Shown: piece after piece, positions 12,552 to 26,447 of the stretch
How positions within the stretch are numbered: position 1 is the stretch's first letter
Layout: the number at the start of each line of letters is the position of its first letter
NCBI GenBank assembly: GCA_036566245.1
Contig: DATCWR010000086.1
Span: forward strand, 3,139 to 67,138
Length of the DNA stretch: 64,000 nt
Direction of reading: 5' to 3'
Origin: Mycobacteriales bacterium
GTDB taxonomy: Bacteria > Actinomycetota > Actinomycetes > Mycobacteriales > DASULA01
Position numbers and translations under genes: made by a program
Notes under the pieces: generated by a model
The model's input: the letters and a program-made list of their open reading frames with translations, nothing else
Databases searched by the model: none
Told to the model about the DNA's origin: nothing

Positions 12552-13451
12552 TCAGGGCAACGGTGGTAGCGAGTCCACCTCGGACAGCCATGCGCGGGTG
12601 CCGGGCCGGGTGGTGGACAGGCTGGCCACTGCCGCCGCCCACGGCAACCACCGACGCAGGGCGGTGGCCGAGGTGCCCCGGCAGGCCACCGCGTAGGCCG
12701 CCGCGCCGTGCAGGACGTCGCCGGCCCCCAGGGTGTCCACCACGTCGACCGTCGGTACCGGCACCTCGCCGTACTCCTCGGCGGTGGCCCAGCGCAGTGG
12801 CCGGGCACCGTCGGAGATGCCCACCGCGCGCGCGCCGCGGCCGAGCAGGGCCTCCAGGGTGTCCTCGACCGGTACCCCGGGGATCCGCAGGTCGGCCGAA
12901 CACAGTACGAAGTCGGCGCGGGGCACGATCTCGGCCAGCACGGGTCGCCAGCTTCCCGCGTCCACCACCACCGGCACCCCGTACCGGACCGCGCCATCGA
13001 CCGCCGCCCGCACCAGCCGGGGATGGTGACCGTCCACGAGAAGCACGTCACGGTCGCGCAGTTGCCGGGCCAGGTCGGTACGGGGCGCCTCCCGGCCGGC
13101 GTCGTTGTCCGAGATGACCACCCGTTCGCCGGTGGACACGGTCACCAGTGCCGTCGACATCGGCGGAGGGCCGGGGTCGTCCGGGGTGGTGTCCATGCAC
13201 TCCACCCCGTGTCCGGTCAACTCGTCGACCACGGTCCGAGCGAGCACATGGTCACCCAACGCGGTGACCAGCAACGGATCGCCACCCAGCCCACCGAAGG
13301 TCACCGAGGCGTTGGTGGCCGGACCACCGGCGGACAGCAGTCGGCTGTGGGCGGTGATCTTCTGGTTGGCCCGCGGCGGGGCGGACACCCGGTAGATCAG
13401 GTCCAGGGTCGCCAGACCGACGAACACCCCACGGGGTGAGCGGTCGATCAC
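12552..13451 (-). CDS. PfkB family carbohydrate kinase
   Basis: VDTLGAGDVLHGAAAY motif (PfkB signature 2). I prefer the GTG at 13451 because it forms a GTGA overlap with the terC stop. The alternative start is 13481. Confidence 0.8.
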   Translation of the reverse strand: MIDRSPRGVFVGLATLDLIYRVSAPPRANQKITAHSRLLSAGGPATNASVTFGGLGGDPLLVTALGDHVLARTVVDELTGHGVECMDTTPDDPGPPPMSTALVTVSTGERVVISDNDAGREAPRTDLARQLRDRDVLLVDGHHPRLVRAAVDGAVRYGVPVVVDAGSWRPVLAEIVPRADFVLCSADLRIPGVPVEDTLEALLGRGARAVGISDGARPLRWATAEEYGEVPVPTVDVVDTLGAGDVLHGAAAYAVACRGTSATALRRWLPWAAAVASLSTTRPGTRAWLSEVDSLPPLP

Positions 13452-14485
13452 GGTTCCCCGTCCGGCTCGACCGTGCGCCACGTGCCGACCACGGGCGTGC
13501 CGGTGTCGGTGGACGAACCGGTGCTGGTCGGCGCGCCGCCGGCCGAACGTCCACGCCGCACCTTCGCCAGGCTGGCCAGGGCGGTGAGGGTGAGCACCCC
13601 GACCACCACGGTCAACGAGACGCCGATGCCCAGGTGCGGCGCCCAGTGCACGCCGCTGCCGGCCAGTGCCTCACACAGCAGCTTCACCCCGACGAAGCCG
13701 AGTATGACGGCCAGCCCGAACGGCAGGTACACCAGCCGGTTGAGCAACCCACCGAGCAGGAAGAACAGTTGCCGCAGGCCCATCAGTGCGAACGCGTTCG
13801 CGGTGAAGACCAGGAACGGCTCCTTCGTCAGGCCGAAGACCGCCGGAATGGAGTCCAACGCGAACAGCAGGTCGGTGGTGCCGATCGCCAGCATCACCAC
13901 CAGCATGGGGGTCACCCACCGCCTGCCGTCGATGCGTACCGACATCCGCGCGCCGTGGTACTCGTCGGTGACCGGCAGCACCCGCCGCGCCCAGCGCAGC
14001 ATTGCGTTCTCCTGGAACTGCTCGTCCTGCTCGCCGCCGAAGGCGAGCTTCCACGCGGTGTAGAGGAGGAACGCGCCGAACAGGTAGAAGACAGCCTGGA
14101 AGTGAGCGATGACCGCCGCACCGGCGGCGATGAACAGCCCGCGCAGGATCAGCGCGGCGATGATTCCGAACAGCAGCACCCGGTGTTGGTGGACGGCCGG
14201 CACCCCGAAGGCCGACATGATCAGCACGAAGACGAACAGGTTGTCCAGGGACAGGCTGTACTCCGTGATGTACCCGGCGAAGAACTCCCCGCCGTAGGTG
14301 CCGCCGGCGACGGCCCCCACCCCGACACCGAACGCGACCGCCAGCACGACGTAGAACACAACCCACCGGGTGGCCTCGCCGATACCGATCTGGTGCGGCC
14401 TGTGGTCCACCAGGACCAGGTCGACGGCGAACAGGGCGAGTAGGGCGAGCACGGTGGCAACCCATACCCAGACAGGGACGTTCAC
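13448..14485 (-). CDS. TerC/Alx family integral membrane protein
   Basis: FALDSIPAVFGLTKEPFLVFTANAFALMGLRQLFFLL TerC signature and multiple TM spans. GTG start at 14485, preceded by GGAGGAG. Confidence 0.9.
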   Translation of the reverse strand: MNVPVWVWVATVLALLALFAVDLVLVDHRPHQIGIGEATRWVVFYVVLAVAFGVGVGAVAGGTYGGEFFAGYITEYSLSLDNLFVFVLIMSAFGVPAVHQHRVLLFGIIAALILRGLFIAAGAAVIAHFQAVFYLFGAFLLYTAWKLAFGGEQDEQFQENAMLRWARRVLPVTDEYHGARMSVRIDGRRWVTPMLVVMLAIGTTDLLFALDSIPAVFGLTKEPFLVFTANAFALMGLRQLFFLLGGLLNRLVYLPFGLAVILGFVGVKLLCEALAGSGVHWAPHLGIGVSLTVVVGVLTLTALASLAKVRRGRSAGGAPTSTGSSTDTGTPVVGTWRTVEPDGEP

Positions 14486-14640
14486 TCGATCTCCTCCGGC
14501 GGACGGCACGCGTCACTGACCGGAGGTCTCTCCCGCCCGACCGACAGTGGCCGGACCGACGGGACCGGGTGGCGGCTGGCTGCCGCATTGCCGTGCTGAC
14601 GAGCCCGCCGCGAAGGGATACTCCCCTCCTCGCGGTACAT
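14486..14640 (-). promoter_or_regulatory. yybP-ykoY-like (Mn2+) riboswitch leader with an SD-sequestering platform
   Basis: The minus strand reads GAGGAGGGGAGUAUCCC...(about 85 nt)...GGGAGAGACCUCCGGUCAGUGAC...CCGGAGGAGAUCGAGUG. It has the conserved GGGGAGUA and GAGAGACC elements. CCUCC can pair either with the 5' GGAGG (P1) or with the SD GGAGG. The downstream gene is TerC family, as in alx and ykoY. Confidence 0.65.
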
Positions 14641-14652
14641 TGTGCGCGATCA

Positions 14653-14676
14653 CCGACCGTGTCGCACGGTGGTCGG
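14653..14676 (-). terminator. Hairpin downstream of uvrB
   Basis: CCGACCGTG-TCG-CACGGT(GG)TCGG. The core ACCGTG/CACGGT stem is perfect and extends with a 2-nt bulge. It lies about 115 nt after the uvrB stop. Confidence 0.35.
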
Positions 14677-14789
14677 ACCGTGATCCGTGGCAGCGGTCTG
14701 GTACTGGTCACCGAGTGCGACGTCGGGGACGGGCCCGGGCCCACCCGGGGGGCGGCCGGCCCGAACGGCCCGACCGGCCCGGCCGGTGC

Positions 14790-16922
<2,133 letters not shown>

Positions 16923-17287
16923 GGTTCCACACTACGTCTCGGGTGTGACGCCATCCCGACCGTCAGGCGGTTGGGCTGTTCCAGTGACTGGTCCATCACG
17001 GTTCGACGACTACGAGTACGTAGCGTCACCGATTCCGCACGGATGGCTGGCCGACCATTCCACCTCCGGGTGAGACTGGGCAGGTGATCCAGCGCTGTCC
17101 GTGGATGTGTCGGCGTGCACCCGTCCGATGGTCACAGTGTGCTTCCGAACGCGCCCGGATGCCACACTGTCGTGCACTACGGTCAGGGAACCTGGGCGAC
17201 GCCCCGCGATGCTTGTGACGATCGGTGACGGCATCCGGCTGGCCAACCCGGCGACCCGGTGACGCGCGGAGTGACGGAAGGGAACAC

Positions 17288-19396
<2,109 letters not shown>

Positions 19397-19417
19397 CCTG
19401 GCCGTCACGGTGACCGG

Positions 19418-20512
19418 TCAGAGCTGGTCCCGGTCGGCGCGGGCGAAGGAGTCCAGGTAACGCGCGTACCAGTCCCGCTCGGCCGAGACCAGCCCGTGCG
19501 GTTCGACGTAGACGTGGTCGAACATGGTCAACGGGTCTGGGTCGGGCATGGTGCGACACTCCATACGCAGCCGTGCGGCCATCGCGTCGGCCTCCCCCTC
19601 CACGGCCGAGAAGAAGTCCGGGTCGGCCAGGCCCTCCCGGCGCAGCAACGCGGCCATTCGGGTGATCGGATCCCGCCCCCGCCAGTGCGCCACCTCGTCC
19701 GGCGACCGGTAACGGGTGGGATCGTCCGAGGTGGTGTGCGCCCCCATCCGGTAGGTGTACGCCTCCACCAGGAACGGTCCGTTGCCCGAGCGGACGTGGT
19801 CCAGCGCGTACCGGGTGACCGCCAGACAGGCCAACACGTCGTTGCCGTCCACCCGCACCCCGGGAAAGCCGAATCCGTGCGCCCGTTGGTAGAGCGGCGA
19901 CCGGCTCTGCCGACTCACCGGAGCGGAGATCGCCCACTGGTTGTTCTGGCAGAAGAACACGATCGGCGCGTCGAACACGCTGGCGAAGGTGAACGCCTCG
20001 TGCACGTCGCCCTGACTGCACGCGCCGTCACCGAAGTAGGCGATGACCGCGTCGTCGAGGCCGTCTCGCGCCACCCCCATCGCGTACCCGGTGGCATGCA
20101 GAACCTGCGACCCGATCACGATGGTGTACAGGTGGAAGTGCGTCTCGGCGGGGTTCCACCCACCGTTGGTCACCCCCCGCCACATCTCCAACAGGGTCCG
20201 CGGCTGCACACCGCGGCACCAGGCCACCCCGTGTTCCCGGTAGCTGGGAAAGGCATGGTCGCCGGGCCGCAACGCCCGACCGGAGCCCACCTGGGCGGCC
20301 TCCTGGCCAAGGCAGGGCACCCACAACCCCAGTTCACCCTGACGTTGCAGGGCGGTCGCCTCGGTGTCGATGCGGCGCACCATCACCAGGTCGCGGTAGA
20401 GGGATCGATAGTCCTGCTCGGACAGCGTGAGCGGGTGATCGGGGTGGGATCGCAGCTCGCCGTCCTCGGTCAACAGTTGTACGAAGGCCGCGGTTGACAA
20501 CGTCTGGGTCAC
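19418..20512 (-). CDS. Thiamine-diphosphate-dependent 2-oxoacid dehydrogenase E1 component, alpha subunit
   Basis: 364 aa. TPP-binding GDGACSQGDVHEAFTFASVF...FFCQNNQWAIS. Confidence 0.85.
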   Translation of the reverse strand: MTQTLSTAAFVQLLTEDGELRSHPDHPLTLSEQDYRSLYRDLVMVRRIDTEATALQRQGELGLWVPCLGQEAAQVGSGRALRPGDHAFPSYREHGVAWCRGVQPRTLLEMWRGVTNGGWNPAETHFHLYTIVIGSQVLHATGYAMGVARDGLDDAVIAYFGDGACSQGDVHEAFTFASVFDAPIVFFCQNNQWAISAPVSRQSRSPLYQRAHGFGFPGVRVDGNDVLACLAVTRYALDHVRSGNGPFLVEAYTYRMGAHTTSDDPTRYRSPDEVAHWRGRDPITRMAALLRREGLADPDFFSAVEGEADAMAARLRMECRTMPDPDPLTMFDHVYVEPHGLVSAERDWYARYLDSFARADRDQL

Positions 20513-20676
20513 CTCTCCTGGTCGACTCCGCCGGCCTGCCTGAGGTCCCCCGTCGGGGCGGACGTGCCGGCGTCGTGGTGCGGGCCGTCGATTATGTCGT
20601 CGTCACCGAACGGACACCAGATGCCGAATGCCCGTGTCTCCTTCTCCAACCACGACCAACCGGATTGACTGGAGGC

Positions 20677-23004
20677 ATGCCACAACCGGTGTCGACCTAC
20701 CGCGTCCAGATCCGACCGGCCTTCGACCTGACCGCGACCGCCGGTCTGGTCGACTACCTGGCCGCCCTGGGGGTCACCCACCTGTACGCCTCCCCGCTGG
20801 TCCGGGCCACTCCCGGTTCCGAACACGGTTACGACGTGGTCGACCCGGGCATGGTGGACCCCGAACGCGGCGGCGAGGCCGGCCTGCGCACCCTGCGCGC
20901 CGCCCTGTCCAGGCACGGGCTGGGCATGGTGGCCGACATCGTGCCCAACCACGTCGGGGTGCGGGTACCCGCCGCGAACCCGGCCTGGTGGGATGTGCTG
21001 CGGCACGGACCGGGGTCCCGGTATGCGCACTGGTTCGACATCGACTGGTCCAGGGGTCGGCTGGTGCTGCCGGTGCTGGACGACTCTGCCGACCCACTGG
21101 CCGACCTACGGGTGGCACACGGCGAACTGCGGTACCGGCAGCACCGCTTTCCCCTCGCCCCGGGTACCGCCTCGGGTAGCCCACGGCAGGTGCATGACCG
21201 GCAGTACTACCGCCTGGTGCCCTGGCGCCGGGGCGACAGTGAGGTGAACTACCGGCGGTTCTTCGCGGTCAGTGAGCTGGCCGGCCTGCGGGTGGAGGAC
21301 CCGCGGGTGTTCGAGGAGACCCACCGACTGGTGTTGGACTGGGCCTCGGCCGGGGAACTCGACGGCATCCGGGTGGACCACCCGGACGGCCTGGCCGACC
21401 CCACCGGGTACCTCGCCGCGCTGGCCGACCGTACCCCGCCGGGCACCTGGCTGCTGGTGGAGAAGATCCTGGCCAGGGGGGAGACGTTGCCGACCGCGTG
21501 GGCGTGCGCCGGCACCACCGGGTACGACGCGCTGCGCGAGGTGTGCGGGCTGTTCGTGGACCCGGCCGCCGAGTCGACACTGACCGAACTCGACCAGGAA
21601 CTGTCCGGCACCCACACCGACTGGCCCACCCTGGCGCACCACTGTCGACGGGTGGTGGCCACCGGCATGCTACGGACGGAGATCGGTCGGCTGGCCACGC
21701 TGGCCACCGAACTCGATCCGGATCCTGACCGGCTGGTCGACGCGGTGGTGGAGATCCTGGCCTGCTTTCCGGTGTACCGCAGCTACCTGCCCGAAGGCTT
21801 CGGGTACCTGGAGCGGGCAGGCATCGAGGCCACCCGTCGCCGGCCCGACCTGGCCGAACTCGTCGCGGCGCTGGTAGCTCGGCTGTCCGACCCTCGCGAC
21901 GAACTCGCCATCCGTTTCCAGCAGACCTCCGGGGCGGTGATGGCCAAGGGCGTGGAGGACACCGCGTTCTACCGTTACACCCGCCTGACCGCGCTGAACG
22001 AGGTCGGTGGTGATCCGGCGGCCTTCGGGGTGTCCGCGCGGGAGTTCCACGCCGCCTGTGCCGACCGACAGCGACACCGGCCCCGAGGCATGACGACCCT
22101 GTCCACCCACGACACCAAGCGCAGCGAGGACGTGCGAGCCAGGCTGGCGGTGCTGTCCGAACTACCCGACGCGTGGGCGGAGGCGGTGCGCGGCTGGGCC
22201 GCGGCGGCCCCGTGCGGCGCGTTCGCCCACCTGCTCTGGCAGACCGCGGTGGGTGCCTGGCCGATCGAGAGTGACCGGCTGCACGCCTACTGCGAGAAGG
22301 CGATGCGGGAGGCCGGTGACCACACCGGCTGGGCCGACCCGGACCCGGTCTACGAGGCGGCGGTGCACCGGGCCGTGGACCGGCTCTACGACGGGGATGT
22401 GTTGGCGACCCAGGTGGCCGCGTTCGCGGCGAGGATCACCCCGTACGGGTGGGTCAACTCGCTGGGTCAGAAGTTGGTCCAACTGACCATGCCAGGCGTG
22501 CCAGACGTCTACCAGGGGTCGGAGTTGTGGGACAACTCCCTGGTCGACCCGGACAACCGTCGACCGGTCGACTTCGCCGCCCGAAGGGCACTGCTGGACC
22601 GGTTGGACCGGCTGGACCGGGCCGAGGCCGCCGGTCCGGACACGGTGCCCGACGTTCCCCCGGTGGACCACACCGGGGTGACCAAGCTGCTGGTGGTGTG
22701 CAGGGCGTTGCGGCTGCGTCGGGACCAGCCCGGGGCGTTCGGCTCCTACGCGCCGCTCCAGGCCCGCGGTGTGGCGGCCGGTCACGTACTGGCGTTCGAT
22801 CGGGGCGGTGCGATCACGGTGGTCACGCGCCTGCCGGTCGGCCTGCGGCGGACCGGTGGATGGCGCGACACCGTGCTCCCACTGCCACGTGGCCGGTGGC
22901 GGGACGTCCTGACCGGTACCGACCACACCGGTGGCGCGGCGGTACCGGTCACCGGCCTGCTCGACCGGCTTCCGGTGGCCCTGCTCCACCAGGTCGGGAC
23001 CTGA
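20677..23004 (+). CDS. treY: Malto-oligosyltrehalose synthase
   Basis: MPQPVSTYRVQIRPAFDLTATAGLVDYLAALGVTHLYASPL is the classic TreY N-terminus. 775 aa from the internal ATG at 20677, which has a GGAGG SD. Confidence 0.9.
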   Translation: MPQPVSTYRVQIRPAFDLTATAGLVDYLAALGVTHLYASPLVRATPGSEHGYDVVDPGMVDPERGGEAGLRTLRAALSRHGLGMVADIVPNHVGVRVPAANPAWWDVLRHGPGSRYAHWFDIDWSRGRLVLPVLDDSADPLADLRVAHGELRYRQHRFPLAPGTASGSPRQVHDRQYYRLVPWRRGDSEVNYRRFFAVSELAGLRVEDPRVFEETHRLVLDWASAGELDGIRVDHPDGLADPTGYLAALADRTPPGTWLLVEKILARGETLPTAWACAGTTGYDALREVCGLFVDPAAESTLTELDQELSGTHTDWPTLAHHCRRVVATGMLRTEIGRLATLATELDPDPDRLVDAVVEILACFPVYRSYLPEGFGYLERAGIEATRRRPDLAELVAALVARLSDPRDELAIRFQQTSGAVMAKGVEDTAFYRYTRLTALNEVGGDPAAFGVSAREFHAACADRQRHRPRGMTTLSTHDTKRSEDVRARLAVLSELPDAWAEAVRGWAAAAPCGAFAHLLWQTAVGAWPIESDRLHAYCEKAMREAGDHTGWADPDPVYEAAVHRAVDRLYDGDVLATQVAAFAARITPYGWVNSLGQKLVQLTMPGVPDVYQGSELWDNSLVDPDNRRPVDFAARRALLDRLDRLDRAEAAGPDTVPDVPPVDHTGVTKLLVVCRALRLRRDQPGAFGSYAPLQARGVAAGHVLAFDRGGAITVVTRLPVGLRRTGGWRDTVLPLPRGRWRDVLTGTDHTGGAAVPVTGLLDRLPVALLHQVGT

Positions 23005-23007
23005 GCG

Positions 23008-23469
23008 TCAGTGCCCGACCGGCTGGTCCACCGGTACTGCTCCGTTGCGGGCCTCGGTTCGTTCGGCTTCCTGGGCGTCACCGGTCGCACCGACCGGACT
23101 GGCCAGTTCGACCAGGTTGCCATCCGGGTCCCGGACGTAGACCGAGGTGATCGGCCCGGTCGCGCCGGTCCGACCGACCGGTCCCTGCTCGACGGGCACC
23201 TGTAGTTCGGCGAGGTGGGCCAGGATCTGCTCGGGGGCGCTGTCGACCAGGAGACACAGGTCGGCCGAGCCGGGGGTGGCCAGTGCCGCCCTCGGCTCGA
23301 TCTCACCGCCCCACAGATGGAGGTTGATCTTCTGGTCACCGAAGGTGAGCGCGTGCCGTTCGTCGCCGAACACGATGTGCGACATGCCACAGACACGGGT
23401 ATAAAAGTTCAGCGTGGCCGACAGGTCGGTCACGGTCAACACCAGGTGATCCAGCCGCTCGACTCGCAT
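23008..23469 (-). CDS. VOC (glyoxalase/bleomycin-resistance/dioxygenase) family protein
   Basis: MRVERLDHLVLTVTDLSATLNFY... 153 aa. AGGAGG SD lies 5 nt upstream of the ATG at 23469. It is the tail of ORF 23008..24018. Confidence 0.8.
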   Translation of the reverse strand: MRVERLDHLVLTVTDLSATLNFYTRVCGMSHIVFGDERHALTFGDQKINLHLWGGEIEPRAALATPGSADLCLLVDSAPEQILAHLAELQVPVEQGPVGRTGATGPITSVYVRDPDGNLVELASPVGATGDAQEAERTEARNGAVPVDQPVGH

Positions 23470-23819
23470 CCGGCCTCCTGCCGCACAGTCTGTTCGAAAC
23501 GCACCCACCATCCTGACCACGTGCCGCCGGTCAGGGCCACCGGGAGTGAGCGGAACCACTGACACGGGCCCCGCTCGGCGATCAGCCCTGGTTGCGGCCA
23601 GAATATTTCCGTGCCGTCTGGTGATCCTGGTAACTCCGCTGCCCGGCGGGACGCCGGTCACAGCCACCACACCGGCTGGACGGCCGGCCTGGCTGCCCTC
23701 CGGACAGATGGTCGACCGGACCAGCCTGATACCACCATGATCGTTGCTGTGACCAGAACCACACCGGTGCCGATCCGGCCGTACCAGAACTCCCGGCGCA
23801 TGAGGGGGAGGGGGCCGGT

Positions 23820-25595
23820 ATGACGGTGTTCCGGGTGTGGGCGCCCGACCACGACGAGGTCCGGCTACGACTGTCGTCCTGCTCACCGCCGGTCGAACAC
23901 CCGATGCGGCCGGGACCGGACGGATGGTGGACCACGGACCTCCCCACCGCCGGGCCCGGTACCGACTACGTCTACCTGCTCGACAGGTCCGACACTCCCA
24001 GGTCCGACCCGCGGTCACGCTGGCAGCCGCAGGGAGTACACGGCCCGAGTCGGGTCTACGACCACGATGCCTACCGGTGGTCGGACTCGGCCTGGACCGG
24101 TCGGCAGTTGGCCGGCAGTGTGCTCTACGAGATGCACGTGGGCACCTTCACCCACCAGGGCACCCTCGACGCCGCGGTGGACCACCTCGACCACCTGGTC
24201 GACCTGGGCGTGGACATGGTGGAACTGCTGCCGGTCAACGCGTTCAACGGCGTGCACAACTGGGGCTACGACGGGGCCTGCTGGTTCGCCGTGCACGAAC
24301 CCTACGGCGGACCGGACGCGCTGAAACGGTTCGTGGACGCCTGTCACGCCCGTGGCCTCGGCGTCGCGCTGGACGTGGTCTACAACCACGTCGGGCCGTC
24401 GGGGTCGACCCTGGAGTACTTCGGGCCGTACCTCACCGAGGGTCGCAGCACCTGGGGGCGGCTGATGAACCTGGACGGCCCGGGATGCGGCGGTGTGCGC
24501 GATCTCATCGGCGACAGTGTGTGCTCGTGGTTCGCCGACTACCACGTGGACGCGCTGCGGCTGGACGCGGTCCACGCGTTGGTCGACCATGGCGCGGTAC
24601 ACCTGCTGGAGGAGTTGGCCGCCCGGGTCGACGCCCTGTCGGTACACCTGGGCCGCCCGTTGACGTTGGTCGCCGAGTCCGACCTGAACGACCCGCGTCT
24701 GGTCGCCCCGCGGGAGGCGGGTGGCTACGGGCTGTCCGCGCAGTGGAACGACGACGTCCACCACGCACTGCACGCCCTGCTGACCGGCGAACGGCAGGGC
24801 TACTACGCCGACTTCGGTTCGCTGGCCTGCCTGGAGAAGACCCTGACCAGGGTGTTCTTCCACGACGGCACCTGGTCGAGTTTCCGTGGTCGACGGCACG
24901 GTCGGCCGGTGGACACCGAACGCGTCCTGGGACACCGGTTCCTGGCCTACCTACAGAACCACGACCAGGTGGGCAACCGGGCCCTGGGCGACCGGCTGTC
25001 CGCACGCTGCTCCCCCGGCCTGCTCATGGTGGGCGCCGCGCTGGTGTTGACCTCGCCGTTCACTCCGATGTTGTTCATGGGTGAGGAGTGGGCCGCCGGT
25101 ACCCCCTGGCAGTTCTTCACCAGCCACCCCGAACCCGAACTGGCCGCCGGGGTCGGCGAGGGGCGCCGACGCGAGTTCGCCCGACACGGCTGGCCCACCG
25201 ACGAGGTGCCCGATCCGCAGGATCCGGCGACGTTCTCCCGGTCCAGGCTGGACTGGTCCGAGCCGGAACGCGAACCGCACGCGACCGTGCTGGCCTTCTA
25301 CCGTAGGTTGATCACCCTGCGCCGGGCACACCCGGACCTGTCCGATCCTCGACTGACCTCGACCAGAGTCGACCACGACGAGGCAGCCGGATGGGCGGTG
25401 GTGTACCGGGGTCGGTTCGCGGTGGTGTGCAACCTGGCGACCGAACGTCGGCGGGTACCGGTACGTGGCACCGCGGTGGGGGTGCTGCTCGCCTCCGAAC
25501 GCGGGTTCGTCTACACCGACGACTCGGTCGAACTGGCCGGTGAGTCGGTTCTGGTGATGAGGACCAACAATGGCACCGACACCGACACCGACTGA
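23820..25595 (+). CDS. treZ: Malto-oligosyltrehalose trehalohydrolase
   Basis: MTVFRVWAP...SRVYDHDAYRW and GH13 motifs (DVVYNHVGP, LRLDAVH). Confidence 0.9.
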   Translation: MTVFRVWAPDHDEVRLRLSSCSPPVEHPMRPGPDGWWTTDLPTAGPGTDYVYLLDRSDTPRSDPRSRWQPQGVHGPSRVYDHDAYRWSDSAWTGRQLAGSVLYEMHVGTFTHQGTLDAAVDHLDHLVDLGVDMVELLPVNAFNGVHNWGYDGACWFAVHEPYGGPDALKRFVDACHARGLGVALDVVYNHVGPSGSTLEYFGPYLTEGRSTWGRLMNLDGPGCGGVRDLIGDSVCSWFADYHVDALRLDAVHALVDHGAVHLLEELAARVDALSVHLGRPLTLVAESDLNDPRLVAPREAGGYGLSAQWNDDVHHALHALLTGERQGYYADFGSLACLEKTLTRVFFHDGTWSSFRGRRHGRPVDTERVLGHRFLAYLQNHDQVGNRALGDRLSARCSPGLLMVGAALVLTSPFTPMLFMGEEWAAGTPWQFFTSHPEPELAAGVGEGRRREFARHGWPTDEVPDPQDPATFSRSRLDWSEPEREPHATVLAFYRRLITLRRAHPDLSDPRLTSTRVDHDEAAGWAVVYRGRFAVVCNLATERRRVPVRGTAVGVLLASERGFVYTDDSVELAGESVLVMRTNNGTDTDTD

Positions 25596-25672
25596 CACAC
25601 CAGAGCATCCTGACGAAACCACGGTGGCCGCCCGCCTGGCGACGTCGGTGCCCTGGATGCTGGAATGGCCGG

Positions 25673-26410
25673 ATGCGTCGTATCCTGCCCGACCCCGCCG
25701 ACCCGGTCGACATCTACACCGAGTACACCGTGCCGGACACCGCCCTGTCCAAGGTCGGATGGCATCTGCGGATGAACTTCGTGTCCAGTGCCGACGGGGC
25801 GGTGACCGAACAGGGCCGGTCACGGGGCCTGTCCACCCCCGGTGACCATCGGCTGTTCGCGGCCCTGCGTGACCTGGCCGACGTGGTGCTGGTCGGTGCT
25901 GGTACCGCCCGGATCGAGGGGTACGGCCCTGACCGGCCGGGCCAGACCCGACGCGACCTGCGGCGGCGGGCCGGCCGCTCCGAGGCCCCGGCCATCGCGG
26001 TGGTCAGTTCCCGGCTCGACCTCGATCCCGACTCCGAACTGTTCACCGCCCCCGACGCGCGCACCGTGGTGCTGACCCACGGCCGTGCCCCGGCCGACCG
26101 TCGAGCCGAACTGGAACGGGTCGTGGAGGTGGTGACCGTCGGGGCGGAGGCGGTCGATCCGGCCGAGGCGCTGGGCGCCCTGGCCGACCGGGGCCTGCGT
26201 CGGGTGCTGTGCGAGGGTGGCCCGCTGCTGTTCGGTGCGCTGCTGGCTGCCGGTGTGGTGAACGAACTGTGTCTGACCCTGTCACCGCTGCTGGCCGGTC
26301 CGGGGTCCGGCCGGATCGTGGCCGGTCCGGAGTTGACCGCACCGGTACCGCTCACGCTGTCCGGACTGTTGGAGGAGGAGGGCGCCCTGTTCTGCCGGTA
26401 CACGACGTGA
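25673..26410 (+). CDS. Pyrimidine reductase family protein (RibD C-terminal / DHFR-like domain)
   Basis: LRMNFVSSADGAVT...D.RLFAALRDLADVVLVGAGT... is typical of the RibD_C domain. Confidence 0.7.
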   Translation: MRRILPDPADPVDIYTEYTVPDTALSKVGWHLRMNFVSSADGAVTEQGRSRGLSTPGDHRLFAALRDLADVVLVGAGTARIEGYGPDRPGQTRRDLRRRAGRSEAPAIAVVSSRLDLDPDSELFTAPDARTVVLTHGRAPADRRAELERVVEVVTVGAEAVDPAEALGALADRGLRRVLCEGGPLLFGALLAAGVVNELCLTLSPLLAGPGSGRIVAGPELTAPVPLTLSGLLEEEGALFCRYTT

Positions 26411-26447
26411 TCGGGCGGAGGTGCTCCCGTCGGGAGATGATGCGATC

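Noticed and set aside
16923-17100. Possible LexA SOS box or RecA-independent damage promoter upstream of uvrB (also checked upstream of uvrA, 5082-5140)
   Set aside because: I found only a half-site-like TCGAAC/GTTCGA near 16998 without the partner half-site. TAGATT upstream of uvrA lacks a convincing TTGTCAGTGGC-like element. The evidence is insufficient.
23658-23800. 47-codon minus-strand ORF with one hydrophobic span (MRREFWYGRIGTGVVLVTATIMVVSGW...) in the VOC/treZ gap
   Set aside because: It has many A/T-ending rare codons, no SD and no coupling to a neighbouring gene. It is probably a chance ORF.
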